Part shown: one piece after another, positions 53,191-64,000 of the stretch | How positions within the stretch are numbered: the stretch's first letter is position 1 | How the letters are laid out: every line of letters starts with the position of its first letter | From: Octopus bimaculoides | Taxonomy: Eukaryota | Reading direction: 5' to 3' | Assembly: GCF_001194135.2 (NCBI RefSeq) | Contig: NC_068982.1 | Location: 14,716,575 to 14,780,574 of the forward strand | DNA length: 64,000 nt | The notes under the pieces: generated by a model | Databases searched by the model: none | What the model was told of the DNA's origin: nothing | The model's input: only the letters and a program-made list of their open reading frames with translations | Translations under genes and position numbers: made by a program

Positions 53191-53249
53191 TGATTTCTGT
53201 TAGTAAATTTCTGTTAGTAAATTTCTGTTAGTAAATTGATTTCTGTTAG
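53191..53249 (+). repeat. Tandem repeat of about 14 bp
   Basis: ttctgttagtaaat repeated 3-4 times. Confidence 0.85.
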
Positions 53250-53791
53250 TGTTGACAATGAGGATTCCAAATGTTCAATCAACTAAACTACTTACTGATT
53301 GAATTACAGTTTAAACGGTTGAGTATTCCACAGAAATATGTACCATGCAGAATCAGAGTGATACAATGAGTAACAATGTTGGTACTTTGAATTCTGGAGT
53401 TAGGCCACCTGACAGAGTTTATCTATTCAGTTTCCTTCACAAGGCTTGAAGCTATGGAAAAAAGAATCTTATTTGCAATGTCAGAATGGAACTAAACTAG
53501 ACCTAATGATTGGAAAATAGACTTTTGACCCAATCTGACATAGTTGTGTGCATGTGTGTATATACATACATACCATGTACATACACACACACACACACAC
53601 ACATATATATAGGTATGGCCATGTGGGTAAGAAGCTTGCTTCCCAACTACATTAGTTTTCAGGTTCAGTCCCACTGCATGGCATGTTGAACAAGTATCTT
53701 CTGCTATAGCCTGAGGCTGACCAAATCCTTGTTAGTAAATTTGGTAGGCAGGAGTTCTGTTGTGTGCATGAAAGTGCTCTTGTCACCTTCA

Positions 53792-53829
<38 letters not shown>

Positions 53830-53833
53830 GAAA

Positions 53834-54044
53834 TTAATCAAAGGACATACTGAGTATGTATACCTGCTGGAAATAACAGTCAAAACTCTTATTTAAATCA
53901 CCAAAATACACTGATAATAACTACAGAAATCAACCGTCTGAAAGTTCATTTCTGTAGTTATTATCAGTGTATTTTGGCAATTTAAATAAGAGTTTTGACT
54001 GCTATTTCCAGCAGGTAGACATACTAAGTATGTCCTTTGATTAA
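53834..54044. repeat. Long near-perfect hairpin (arms about 95 bp, loop about 17 nt)
   Basis: ttaatcaaaggacatact...ctacagaaat / atttctgtag...agtatgtcctttgattaa. Confidence 0.9.
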
Positions 54045-54878
54045 GTTTAATCCTTCAGCTATTTAATGCTTTGGGGGCGGGGGCTGGAATTGCCTATATT
54101 ATTGATTTTGTTATTATCATTTTTAAACTGTTACACTAGATAATAATAGAGTCAATGATATCTTTGCAAATTATTTTTTCGTGAATTATATTTCTTGTGA
54201 CTTATTTACTCCGTATATATGTGTGCATGTGTGTACACACACATATATATCTGCATACATACAAGCACACATGCTTTGGTTCCACTGCAACGAAAATAAG
54301 ATAAGCAATGTTTACAGATATATGGTTGGATGCAAATAGCTATGTATCTACAAATAGTTTGACGTATAAAAATAATTCTTAAATATTCATCCTGGATTAT
54401 TTGTTTCATTTATTGATATACTCTACATTAACAGTAAATTATACAATGAATTAGAAGTTCTTTAAGGAATTTAACATTTTGGATTATCTACTAACAATTT
54501 TGATTTCTGTTAAAACCTGTGTAACAAAGGTCTGTACATGTCTCAAAATTCATTATGAAATCTGTTATCAAGTTGATGTCACCTTCTTTATAGGTTTTAT
54601 TGGGTAGATAAACTGACAATTACACAATAAATATTAGCTGATTAAGAGGAAACAACTAAGAATTAAGTCAATAAGTGTTAGGATTACTAGTTTTTAATAT
54701 GGTGATCCAAGGTTCGTCTCTGATAAGAGGTCATTCATCTGCAAATTGTGGGAGTGATTCAATGATTTACCTTCCTTTTTCTTTCTTAGTATACTTTGCA
54801 ATATACAGTTGGTGGTTACAGAAAACTGCAGATTAAAACAGGGGAGCAACATTGTATAATATAGTGATTAGTTTAAAG

Positions 54879-55458
54879 CAGGAGTTCTCAACCAGGGTCC
54901 ACATTCTCCTTGGGGGTACATGAGATTTTGTTGTTAAAATTCATAAGCAATAAATTTGGTTATATTTCTATAATATACAAAATATTTTAACATTTTTTAA
55001 AAATATAATTCCTAATAATATTTAGCAATAAAAATATTCTTTTATTCTTTTACTTGTTTCAGTCATTTGATGTGGCCATGGTGGAGCACTGCCTTTAGTC
55101 AAACAAATCAACTTATTCTTTGTAAGCCTAGTACTTATTCTATCGGTTTCTTTTGCCGAACCGTAAAGTTATGGGGATGTAAACACACCAACATCGGTCG
55201 TCAAGTGATGGTGGGGTTGACAAACACACACACAAATATATTCATTGGTCAGCCTGAGGCTATAGTAGAAGACACTTGCCTGAGGTGTCACACAGTGGGA
55301 TTGAACCTGGAACCATGTGGATGGTAAGCAAGCTACTTACCGCACCACTTCTGTGCCTATATATAGCATTTTTGAAAACATTGAATGGTTATGAGGGTCC
55401 ATCTGAGTAAAATAGGAACCAAATGGTTCTGAAGGTAAAAAATGGTTAAGAACCACTG
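54879..55458. mobile_element. hAT MITE with a nested SINE (about 55036-55345)
   Basis: Ends caggagttctcaacc...ggttaagaaccactg; TSD gtttaaag / gtttaaaa. Confidence 0.75.
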
Positions 55459-55884
55459 GTTTAAAATAAAAACATCTAATATTAGGGCAGGTGATTAACA
55501 TCAATCATGCCAAGTGGGATTCTACTTAAATAAACCAGTTAGCATTCTCAAGAGCTTGTTTGATGAAATGTGGTAAGAGTTCCCTTGAGTGCCAAATATA
55601 AGTAAACATACAGCTCTAAATAACATCCGTACAACAAAACCACACTCAATTAGGGTACTATTTTCAGTGGAATATTTAGTATATTGTCCTATGTATTGCT
55701 TGGGCTTTTAATAGACTAAAGCAAAAATGTTGCTGGATTTCATTGGTTGACTAACATCTTGAGTTAGACAAATAGTAAGCAATGCCTAAAATAGTTGTTG
55801 GCAGTTTTCCAAATGTTTACTGAAGCAAACATGAACTTAAAACTTAAAAATTCACAAATTTATACATCAAAACAAGAGTTCATA

Positions 55885-55937
<53 letters not shown>

Positions 55938-56160
55938 TCCAGCTTCTTTTTATCATGTCATAACAGATATCATATGTATGGAGGTGAAGTTTCGTTTTTA
56001 GTTGAAATCCTTACAGACAAATTTAGTTAACATGTCAGACAACTATTTTGGCAGGAGCTCAAAACAAGTAAAAATGTAAAGGTTTAGGAGATAACAGCAA
56101 CAGATCCTTTTGTAAAAGTTTAGCAAATCTAATGAAAATAAAATGGTTCTGAATTCACAG

Positions 56161-56208
56161 AAATAAGTGCTGGATGTTGTTTTTGGAAACACTTCTCATG
56201 TTAAGAAG
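56161..56208 (+). CDS. Candidate exon (R)NKCWMLFLETLLMLR
   Basis: Perfect donor AAG|gtaagt, acceptor ttcacag; the only open frame from that acceptor is phase 2, matching 51308. Confidence 0.3.
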
Positions 56209-56584
56209 GTAAGTTTTGCAATTACATCTGGTTCTATTCCTAACACTGATTTAGGTAGCTTCTGCTGTTTTACTAATTTTCACCAGTTCTCAAACTCAAC
56301 AAGTATGAGAAAGTTTGGAAAAAATCAACATAATCACTTGCTACCTATTTCTTTAGAAAGATTATAATAAAAGAAGCAGATAGTCTTTCTTCATATCTGG
56401 ATTAACAATATAGTAAACACCAATTATTTTCAAAATGACATTCAATAATAGATGATCATAGAAGCATGGTGCCAGCCCATACAGGGGCTCTTCAAAATGA
56501 ATTCAGACAGAGATAGTCATAAAAAATCAAACCTTCCCATATTTCTGTATAATTCTTAGAATATCATATGTATGCTATGGACGT

Positions 56585-56790
56585 ACCTATGTATGTGTGT
56601 ATGTGTGTGTGTATGTATGTATGTATGTATGTGTGTATGTATGTATGTATGTGTGTATGTATGTGTGTATGTATGTATGTGTGTATGTATGTATGTATGT
56701 GTGTATGTATGTATGTATGTATGTATGTGTGTGTGTGTATGTATGTATGTATGTATGTATGTATGTGTGTATGTATGTATGTATGTAATG
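56585..56790. repeat. Compound (TATG)n/(TG)n microsatellite, one of more than 30 microsatellites in the window
   Basis: Directly visible. Others include (TAGA)n 2880-2955, (GT)n 3497-3553, (TATG)n 40025-40125, (GA)n 62330-62450, (TAT)n 20275-20315. Confidence 0.95.
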
Positions 56791-57799
56791 GTTACATGTA
56801 TGTAATGGTTACATAGATGTATATATATATATANNNNNNNNNNNNNNNNNNNNNNNNNNNNNNNNNNNNNNNNNNNNNNNNNNNNNNNNNNNNNNNNNNN
56901 NNNNNNNNNNNNNNNNNNNNNNNNNNNNNNNNNNNNNNNNNNNNNNNNNNNNNNNNNNNNNNNNNNNNNNNNNNNNNNNNNNNNNNNNNNNNNNNNNNNN
57001 NNNNNNNNNNNNNNNNNNNNNNNNNNNNNNNNNNNNNNNNNNNNNNNNNNNNNNNNNNNNNNNNNNNNNNNNNNNNNNNNNNNNNNNNNNNNNNNNNNNN
57101 NNNNNNNNNNNNNNNNNNNNNNNNNNNNNNNNNNNNNNNNNNNNNNNNNNNNNNNNNNNNNNNNNNNNNNNNNNNNNNNNNNNNNNNNNNNNNNNNNNNN
57201 NNNNNNNNNNNNNNNNNNNNNNNNNNNNNNNNNNNNNNNNNNNNNNNNNNNNNNNNNNNNNNNNNNNNNNNNNNNNNNNNNNNNNNNNNNNNNNNNNNNN
57301 NNNNNNNNNNNNNNNACATACATATATACAACGGGCTTCTTTCAGTTTCCGTCTACCAAATCCACTCACAAGGCTTTGGTCGGCCTGATGCTATAGTAGA
57401 AGACACTTGCCCAAGGTGCTATGCAGTGGGACTGAACCTGGAACCATGTAGTTGGTAAGCAAGTTCCTTATATATATATATATATATATGTTTAGAGGCA
57501 CATCATCCATATTTAGGTTCTGAGTTCAAACTCCGCCGAGGTTGATTTTACTTTTCAGAAAGGAATCTATATCTATCTATCTATCTATATATATATATAT
57601 ATATATATAACCATAAAGTAGCAAGTTGGGTAATCCCATAGCAATCTTTTTCTTTAGAAAATCAAACTCAAATGTTCAAAAATGTTTTGCTCCTTTTTTA
57701 TGAGCAAGGTAAAATTATTTAACTCTAATTTTTTTAAAAAGCTGGATTAAAAAAAAAAAGTTTAAAAAAACCGCAATTATAATTAAAATCTAAGCAACT

Positions 57800-59946
57800 G
57801 ATATCCATTCTGAGAAAAAAATGATTTAATTTTAAAGATTTATCGTTGCAATAAAACTTTCCACTTGTCAGGGAAAACTACCTTGTTTTGTTAATGTCTT
57901 TTCTTCACCGCATAGCTTTCATTAGCTTTAACTATTGTTTTGCGCACAGTTTGCGTCTCTGAGTAATTTCTCTTGAGTGATTTACTTTCCAGTTGTCGTT
58001 GTTCTTTTTTAGTTATGTTTGTTTTTACATTTCAGAGCAAAATGAACTTAGAGTCGAAGTTTACAAGAAAACCTATTCGTTTTCGAAACAACATTATAAA
58101 TTAACCAAGTTGTAACCAACTGTTTGCTTATTTCAAATTTAATAAAATATGTATTCGAACATTTAGCAATAGTTCGATATTTAGGTCATACGTAATCAAG
58201 ATTTCATTAAGATAAAATATTGATTTTTAATTTTTTAATTTTATTTTTTAACAAGGTCATAACTATATAAGGGAGGGAGAGTGAGATTGTGTGACATTCA
58301 TACTTCCCCGAAAAGGCAACGTGTAGAATTTGTATATATATTTGTTACCATTAATGATTTGTAACATCCTTTTCCACTAATACGAGTTACAGTTGATAAT
58401 TAAATAGTAAATAATAACCACACTAGTGTAACCACGATAATTGGCATTAAACAGCAATTAATAAACACAGATTAAATATAGAATGAAACCATTAGAAAAC
58501 CAAAAGAATCGAATTAGATAGATAGCTAATGATAGACAATATTAACAAAGTTGGGGCGAGCCAATGTTCGATGTGCTAGAAATAGCAGCCAAATCACCTT
58601 TAAATCACACCCGCATTAGAGAATGTAGTTCTAGATACCTCTAAAAAAAAAAGACTATTCGCACACCTAGAATGTCTTTGATCGTGGGTCTGCTCAATTA
58701 GTATTGATCTAAGGCTAAAAACAAAGTTCAGTGGGATGAGTTTTTTTTTTCTTTCTTTTCTTTGAACGTGTAAATATCATTCATATGTATATATGCATTT
58801 AACGTCCTTATGAAGCATTCTCTATCTCTATCCAAGCTAAAATATAAAGACACTTAAATGTTTACACGCATACTTACTCCGTGAACACCGTATGCACGTA
58901 CTTTTATCCATAGGAATATGATTTTCTCGGATTACTGTGACTACAATTCTAATATATTACACGTTTTTCATATATATATATATATATATATGTATATTAT
59001 TCAACAGGGAGAGTCAAAATACTGGGGCCATGCATTTCTGATTATATATCTGCTTAGTGAATCAAAAATGTTGTTCAGAGGTACAATTAAACCCATGCTA
59101 TTTTGTGGACGACTTCGTTCTTTTTTTAAATGCACAAGTTTTACTTGATGCTTTTAGGAATAGCAGTCGACTAGGCAAAAATTACACAATGTGTGAAGCT
59201 TTCTTTAAATTTTTTTTTTTTTTTTTAATACACCATGAAGGTACAACTAAAAATTCCATACTCAAATTAAACCCCCCACCAAAACAAAAACAGAAAATAT
59301 TTGCACATTGTACAGGTAGGTGTTACGACCAAATAATTATATATAATCAAGCAACGTGTTCAATCAATGCAGCTGTGTGTAACAGGAGTTTTCCTATTGA
59401 CAATCTGATCCTTGCCACTAACAACAGAGCTGCGGTGTGATTTTTATATTAAATGTTATTAATACTACTACTTTCGTCCTTGTGCAGAATATATTAACGA
59501 AGTGTCTTAATGGCAGAAGATATCTAAGCAATGTGAATTAATACCTTAAATAAATACTGCTGGGTTGTCAACGGGTAAGAGGGACAACAAAAAGACACAA
59601 ATAGAGATTGTTTAAAGCAGTAGCAGAAAACAAGGATTAGACACGCAAACATAAGACACTAAACACGTATGCAACATGATGGATAGATAATGCGGGGGTG
59701 GAAACGACAAACAAAAGGTATTTTCTTTCTTTGACAGATTAAAGTCAACGTTGACAGAGGTGGTGGGGGAATGTCTGATCATGTGAAGAATATTAAATGA
59801 TTTGCATATTCGTGTAAGAAGCAACAGATTGTTTTGTTACAATAAACAAGAGTTGATACGAGAACGATTCCTCGCTCCACCACCATGTCACACACACACA
59901 TATACATACATACGTACACACATAAATACATGCATACATACACACA

Positions 59947-59978
<32 letters not shown>

Positions 59979-60530
59979 CACGCACAAAAATAAAGGGGAA
60001 GAAACAAAAGAAGAATAACAATAAACGTCAACTCTAAAGACGCGAAGAATGCAAACACAAGATAAAGAAAGAATTCAAAGCCAACCGGTATGTAATTCCC
60101 AACGCCTCCTTGGACGTTGGCCACAGCTGAGGCATCTTGCGCCACTCGGAACAGCGCGTTTCCCGCACAATCCATACTCCCTCCTTTTGGAGTCGATATC
60201 TGGACGATGTACTGATGATGATGTTGTTTCACTACACTACAGTTGAGATGAAGGGCGAATCAGTACGGAAACAGCAGCAGCGAAGAAGCGAACGCTTCTT
60301 TATTTGCCGTGGGGAGGGGTAAATCTATCCCATAGTGGAAAGAGGGATGATGAAGACTGCTGAAAGAGGCCAAGATCTGCTGCTTTATCGTCGTCTTGTT
60401 TACTTGACAACCCAAAACGGCTTAGTTTCGTATTCGAGACGAATAGTTCTCTTATTCTTTTCTTTTTTCTTCATCACCTTTTCTCAGTTTATTATTTGTG
60501 CATCAGATAAATTGTAAATATATATTTACG
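57800..60530. promoter_or_regulatory. CpG-retaining region, likely promoter/5' end of the minus-strand gene
   Basis: By eye, CG dinucleotides are visibly more frequent in unique sequence from about 57.8 kb onward than in 1-57 kb; contains the candidate first exon and UTR. Confidence 0.4.
60086..60175 (-). CDS. Candidate first coding exon of an unidentified host gene (MDCAGNALFRVAQDASAVANVQGGVGNYIP)
   Basis: GC/CpG-rich unique sequence, Kozak-like agtATGG, 30 open codons. Followed by GT (CCG|gttggc, a weak donor) and a pyrimidine-rich intron-like tract; CpG-rich UTR-like sequence upstream to about 60480. Confidence 0.5.
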
Positions 60531-60967
60531 GGTGTTCAAAAGTGTCATAATATTTCTTTCTTTTTCTTCCCATTTATCTCTCTCTTTCCTCTCCCCCTCT
60601 CCCTCTAATCCCCACTTTTTCACACATTATATTGTATGTGTGTATATATATATATATATATNNNNNNNNNNNNNNNNNNNNNNNNNNNNNNNNNNNNNNN
60701 NNNNNNNNNNNNNNNNNNNNNNNNNNNNNNNNNNNNNNNNNNNNNNNNNNNNNNNNNNNNNNNNNNNNNNNNNNNNNNNNNNNNNNNNNNNNNNNNNNNN
60801 NNNNNNNNNNNNNNNNNNNNNNNNNNNNNNNNNNNNNNNNNNNNNNNNNNNNNNNNNNNNNNNNNNNNNNNNNNNNNNNNNNNNNNNNNNNNNNNNNNNN
60901 NNNNNNNNNNNNNNNNNNNNNNNNNNNNNNNNNNNNNNNNNNNNNNNNNNNNNNNNNNNNNNNNNNN

Positions 60968-60998
<31 letters not shown>

Positions 60999-61477
60999 AT
61001 ATATGCATATATATTATATAATGTATACACATATCTATATAGGTATATATTATACACACACATATATGCATATATATTCATAGATTTATATACACACACA
61101 CATACATATCTATACACACATATGCACGCATATATATATTCATAGATTTATATATATACACACACGCACACATACTTGCATACATGCATACATACATACA
61201 TACACACACACACATACATACATACATACATACATATACACATACATACATACATACATACACACATACATACATACATGCAAACAAAAATACCCAGTTG
61301 TTGATGGAGTTTTGGATCTAGGTTAGAAACCGGCTCTTTTTCTATTGGCAAAAATCTTGAAATAAAACAAAATAATGACATACATACAAACAAACAAACA
61401 AAAGAGGTGAGGAACGAGATCCTTCAATGGAACAATCACGGCTATAGAAGCGGTCATGTTTCAAGATGCAAACATGG

Positions 61478-61812
61478 CTGTGCGCTGAAGAAACTTGTTT
61501 TGCAGCCACGTGGTTTCCGGTTCGATCCTGCTGTGCAGCATCTTGGTAAATGTCTTCTGCTATAGCCCTTGAATGACTAAGGCCTTGAAAGTGAATTAGG
61601 CCGGCAAAAAGTGTGTGTGTTATGTGTGTTTGTTTGTCCCCACCCCACACTGCTTGACAACTGATGTTGGTTTGTTTGAATACCCGTTACTGACCGGTTC
61701 AGCGCAAGGAGCCGCCCGAAAGTGACTTCAAAATGTGTACGGGTGCGATTTATTCAATTAAATCCTACAAGACGATACCCCAGCATGGCCTCACTTCAAT
61801 AACTGAAACACA
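61478..61812 (+). mobile_element. SINE family A, divergent CpG-retaining copy
   Basis: gccacgtggtttccggttcgatcc head, ggtaaatgtcttctgctatagcc core, ccccagcatggcc tail. Confidence 0.7.
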
Positions 61813-62021
61813 TAAAAAAACATTTTACACACACACACATATATATACTCACATATATATATATACACATGTACAATTTATATTCGGGTATGCATCTTGC
61901 AGTATGTTGATTAAAGCCTTTCACAGTATTCGGCTACCTGGTGTCAACAACAGTAGGTAAGTATATGCCGGTGGATTTATTTCGGGAATTCCTTTGTGTC
62001 CATAAAGTATATATAAAAATA

Positions 62022-62290
62022 TTAGAGAAAATGTAATTCACGAGACTCTTTATGCAGAACCATTACGATCACCACGACCCACCATGCCCCCGTATCCTAC
62101 AGGTGGGATGCTGAACAATCAGTTGTCATGCATTTGTAAAGTCACCTGAGGAGACGCATCTGCAACTGTAATGTATGTCAATGTATATACCTTACAGATC
62201 ATGCACCCGTATCTGTAAGATACGAATGCATGATGGGTCGAAACGATCGTAGGGGTTCTAAATAAAGGGTCACGTGAATTACATTTTCTA
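62022..62290. repeat. Imperfect fold-back element (arms about 90 bp) containing the hammerhead
   Basis: aaatgtaattcacgagactctttatgcagaaccattacgatc pairs with gatcgtaggggttctaaataaagggtcacgtgaattacattt. Confidence 0.75.
62141..62256 (+). ncRNA. Type I hammerhead ribozyme motif with intact core and extended stem II
   Basis: CUGAGGA (62146-62152), GACGCAU...AUGGGUC, GAAA-C(GAUC)G-UA/GGGG; GUA cleavage triplet at 62249-62251; palindromic CGAUCG stem III. Confidence 0.65.
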
Positions 62291-62357
62291 TCTCATATTT
62301 TTATATGCACATATATCGATAGGCATTTTAGAGAGAGAGAGGGGGGAGAAAGAGAGG

Positions 62358-62429
<72 letters not shown>

Positions 62430-63024
62430 AATGGATAGATAGAGAGAGACAGACAGGTAAATGGAATGAGATATAAGTAGTAATATATATANNNNNNNNN
62501 NNNNNNNNNNNNNNNNNNNNNNNNNNNNNNNNNNNNNNNNNNNNNNNNNNNNNNNNNNNNNNNNNNNNNNNNNNNNNNNNNNNNNNNNNNNNNNNNNNNN
62601 NNNNNNNNNNNNNNNNNNNNNNNNNNNNNNNNNNNNNNNNNNNNNNNNNNNNNNNNNNNNNNNNNNNNNNNNNNNNNNNNNNNNNNNNNNNNNNNNNNNN
62701 NNNNNNNNNNNNNNNNNNNNNNNNNNNNNNNNNNNNNNNNNNNNNNNNNNNNNNNNNNNNNNNNNNNNNNNNNNNNNNNNNNNNNNNNNNNNNNNNNNNN
62801 NNNNNNNNNNNNNNNNNNNNNNNNNNNNNNNNNNNNNNNNNNNNNNNNNNNNNNNNNNNNNNNNNNNNNNNNNNNNNNNNNNNNNNNNNNNNNNNNNNNN
62901 NNNNNNNNNNNNNNNNNNNNNNNNNNNNNNNNNNNNNNNNNNNNNNNNNNNNNNNNNNNNNNNNNNNNNNNNNNNNNNNNNNNNNNNNNNNNNNNNNNNN
63001 NNNNNNNNNNNNNNNNNNNNNNNN

Positions 63025-63058
<34 letters not shown>

Positions 63059-63458
63059 TAGTATTAGTATGACAACAAAAGAATGAATGAGACTTCGATA
63101 TTATGTAAATAGAGGAATTTATCTGAATATATATATGCCCCAACATGACGGCAGCTTTCGACGTGTAACTGGTTAAAGAGTTAGAGTACATACATACATA
63201 CATACATACACACATGCATACATACATACATACATACATGTGCCCGCCAAGAAATCGCACGCGCGCTGGGCAAACTGCTCAACGGCATTTCGTTCGTCTT
63301 TACGTTTTGAGTTCAAATTTCACCGAAATTGACTTCCATCCCTTCACGGTCGACGAAATGAGTACCAGTCGGACACTGGGGTCGATGCAATAGGTTTACC
63401 CACTCCCCGGAAATTGCGGGCCTTGTGCCAAAATTGGAAACCAATATATCATGTAGAA

Positions 63459-63763
63459 CAGTGTTATTCAACGTGGTGGTCCGCGGACCGGTGCCCAGTC
63501 CGCAAGCAGTCAGCTGCCGGTTGGCAGCGAGTTTCCAGAAATGAAAGAAACGTTATAAAATGCATATAAAATTCTTACAAAATGCTTATGTAAATATTGT
63601 ATTATTTGTTTTACAAAATAAATATACGATAGTCAACTTTTATTATATTCATTATATATATTGTTTCCGGTATAAATTAATATTACTAAGAAATATAACT
63701 GGTCCCTGACACATTGGGAAAAAAACTGCCGGTACGCCACATCAGATGGGTTGAGAAGCATTG
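63459..63763. mobile_element. hAT-type non-autonomous element
   Basis: cagtgttattcaac...gttgagaagcattg ends; 8-bp TSD atgtagaa / atgtagag. Confidence 0.7.
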
Positions 63764-64000
63764 ATGTAGAGTATACAACTGCCTATCTCCCAATACGTAT
63801 ATGAGTGATGTGTATACGCACACACATGAGAGAGGTTTTCCTTTTCCTTTTTTTTTTTTTTTTCGAAGAATATATTTAAAATTAATATATTGTCTAGAAA
63901 TTCAGTTTCTCTACGTTTTCCTGCTTCTAAACATATCCTCAGACCTATATTTGCATTTTTTTTTCATTTTTTATTTTTTTGCAACGATGAAAACTTATAT

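Noticed and set aside
58996-59330. Possible mariner 5' end remnant; also TIR-like tacgggtgttcaaaagt at about 60527 and tacaggggctcttcaaaa at about 56480
   Set aside because: Too degraded, with no matching opposite TIR found.
1-64000. CRISPR arrays, operons or prokaryotic defence systems
   Set aside because: No repeat-spacer arrays and no gene-dense ORF structure; the sequence is intron- and repeat-type eukaryotic DNA.

Overview
AT-rich, repeat-dense eukaryotic draft-assembly sequence with 13 N-gaps, most abutting (TA)n/(CA)n/(TATG)n/(GA)n microsatellites. The tRNA-derived SINE families and microsatellite load look like an Octopus-type cephalopod genome (inference from recalled repeat sequences, not a search). 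There are no prokaryotic features, CRISPR arrays, rRNA or real tRNA genes. Nearly every ORF in the supplied track is an artefact of gaps or microsatellites. Recognisable protein-coding relics are all transposon-derived: a Tc1/mariner transposase (30957-31565), LINE RT fragments (27300-28830, 15330-15950, 38495-38719), an RTE-like fragment, and the 3' end of an R4/Dong-like RLE retroelement sitting in a (TAA)n tract (47937-48235). hAT- and piggyBac-type MITEs with visible TSDs are also present. A host gene probably spans most of the window, but I could not resolve it by eye. There is a convincing GC/CpG-rich minus-strand first coding exon at 60086-60175, plus two competing hand-built exon chains on opposite strands. 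The most interesting signal is a set of dispersed fold-back elements and SINE tails carrying type I hammerhead-ribozyme motifs of the Penelope/retrozyme kind. Two have an intact catalytic core (62141-62256 and 22883-22927) and two are decayed (6318-6363 and 32036-32071).
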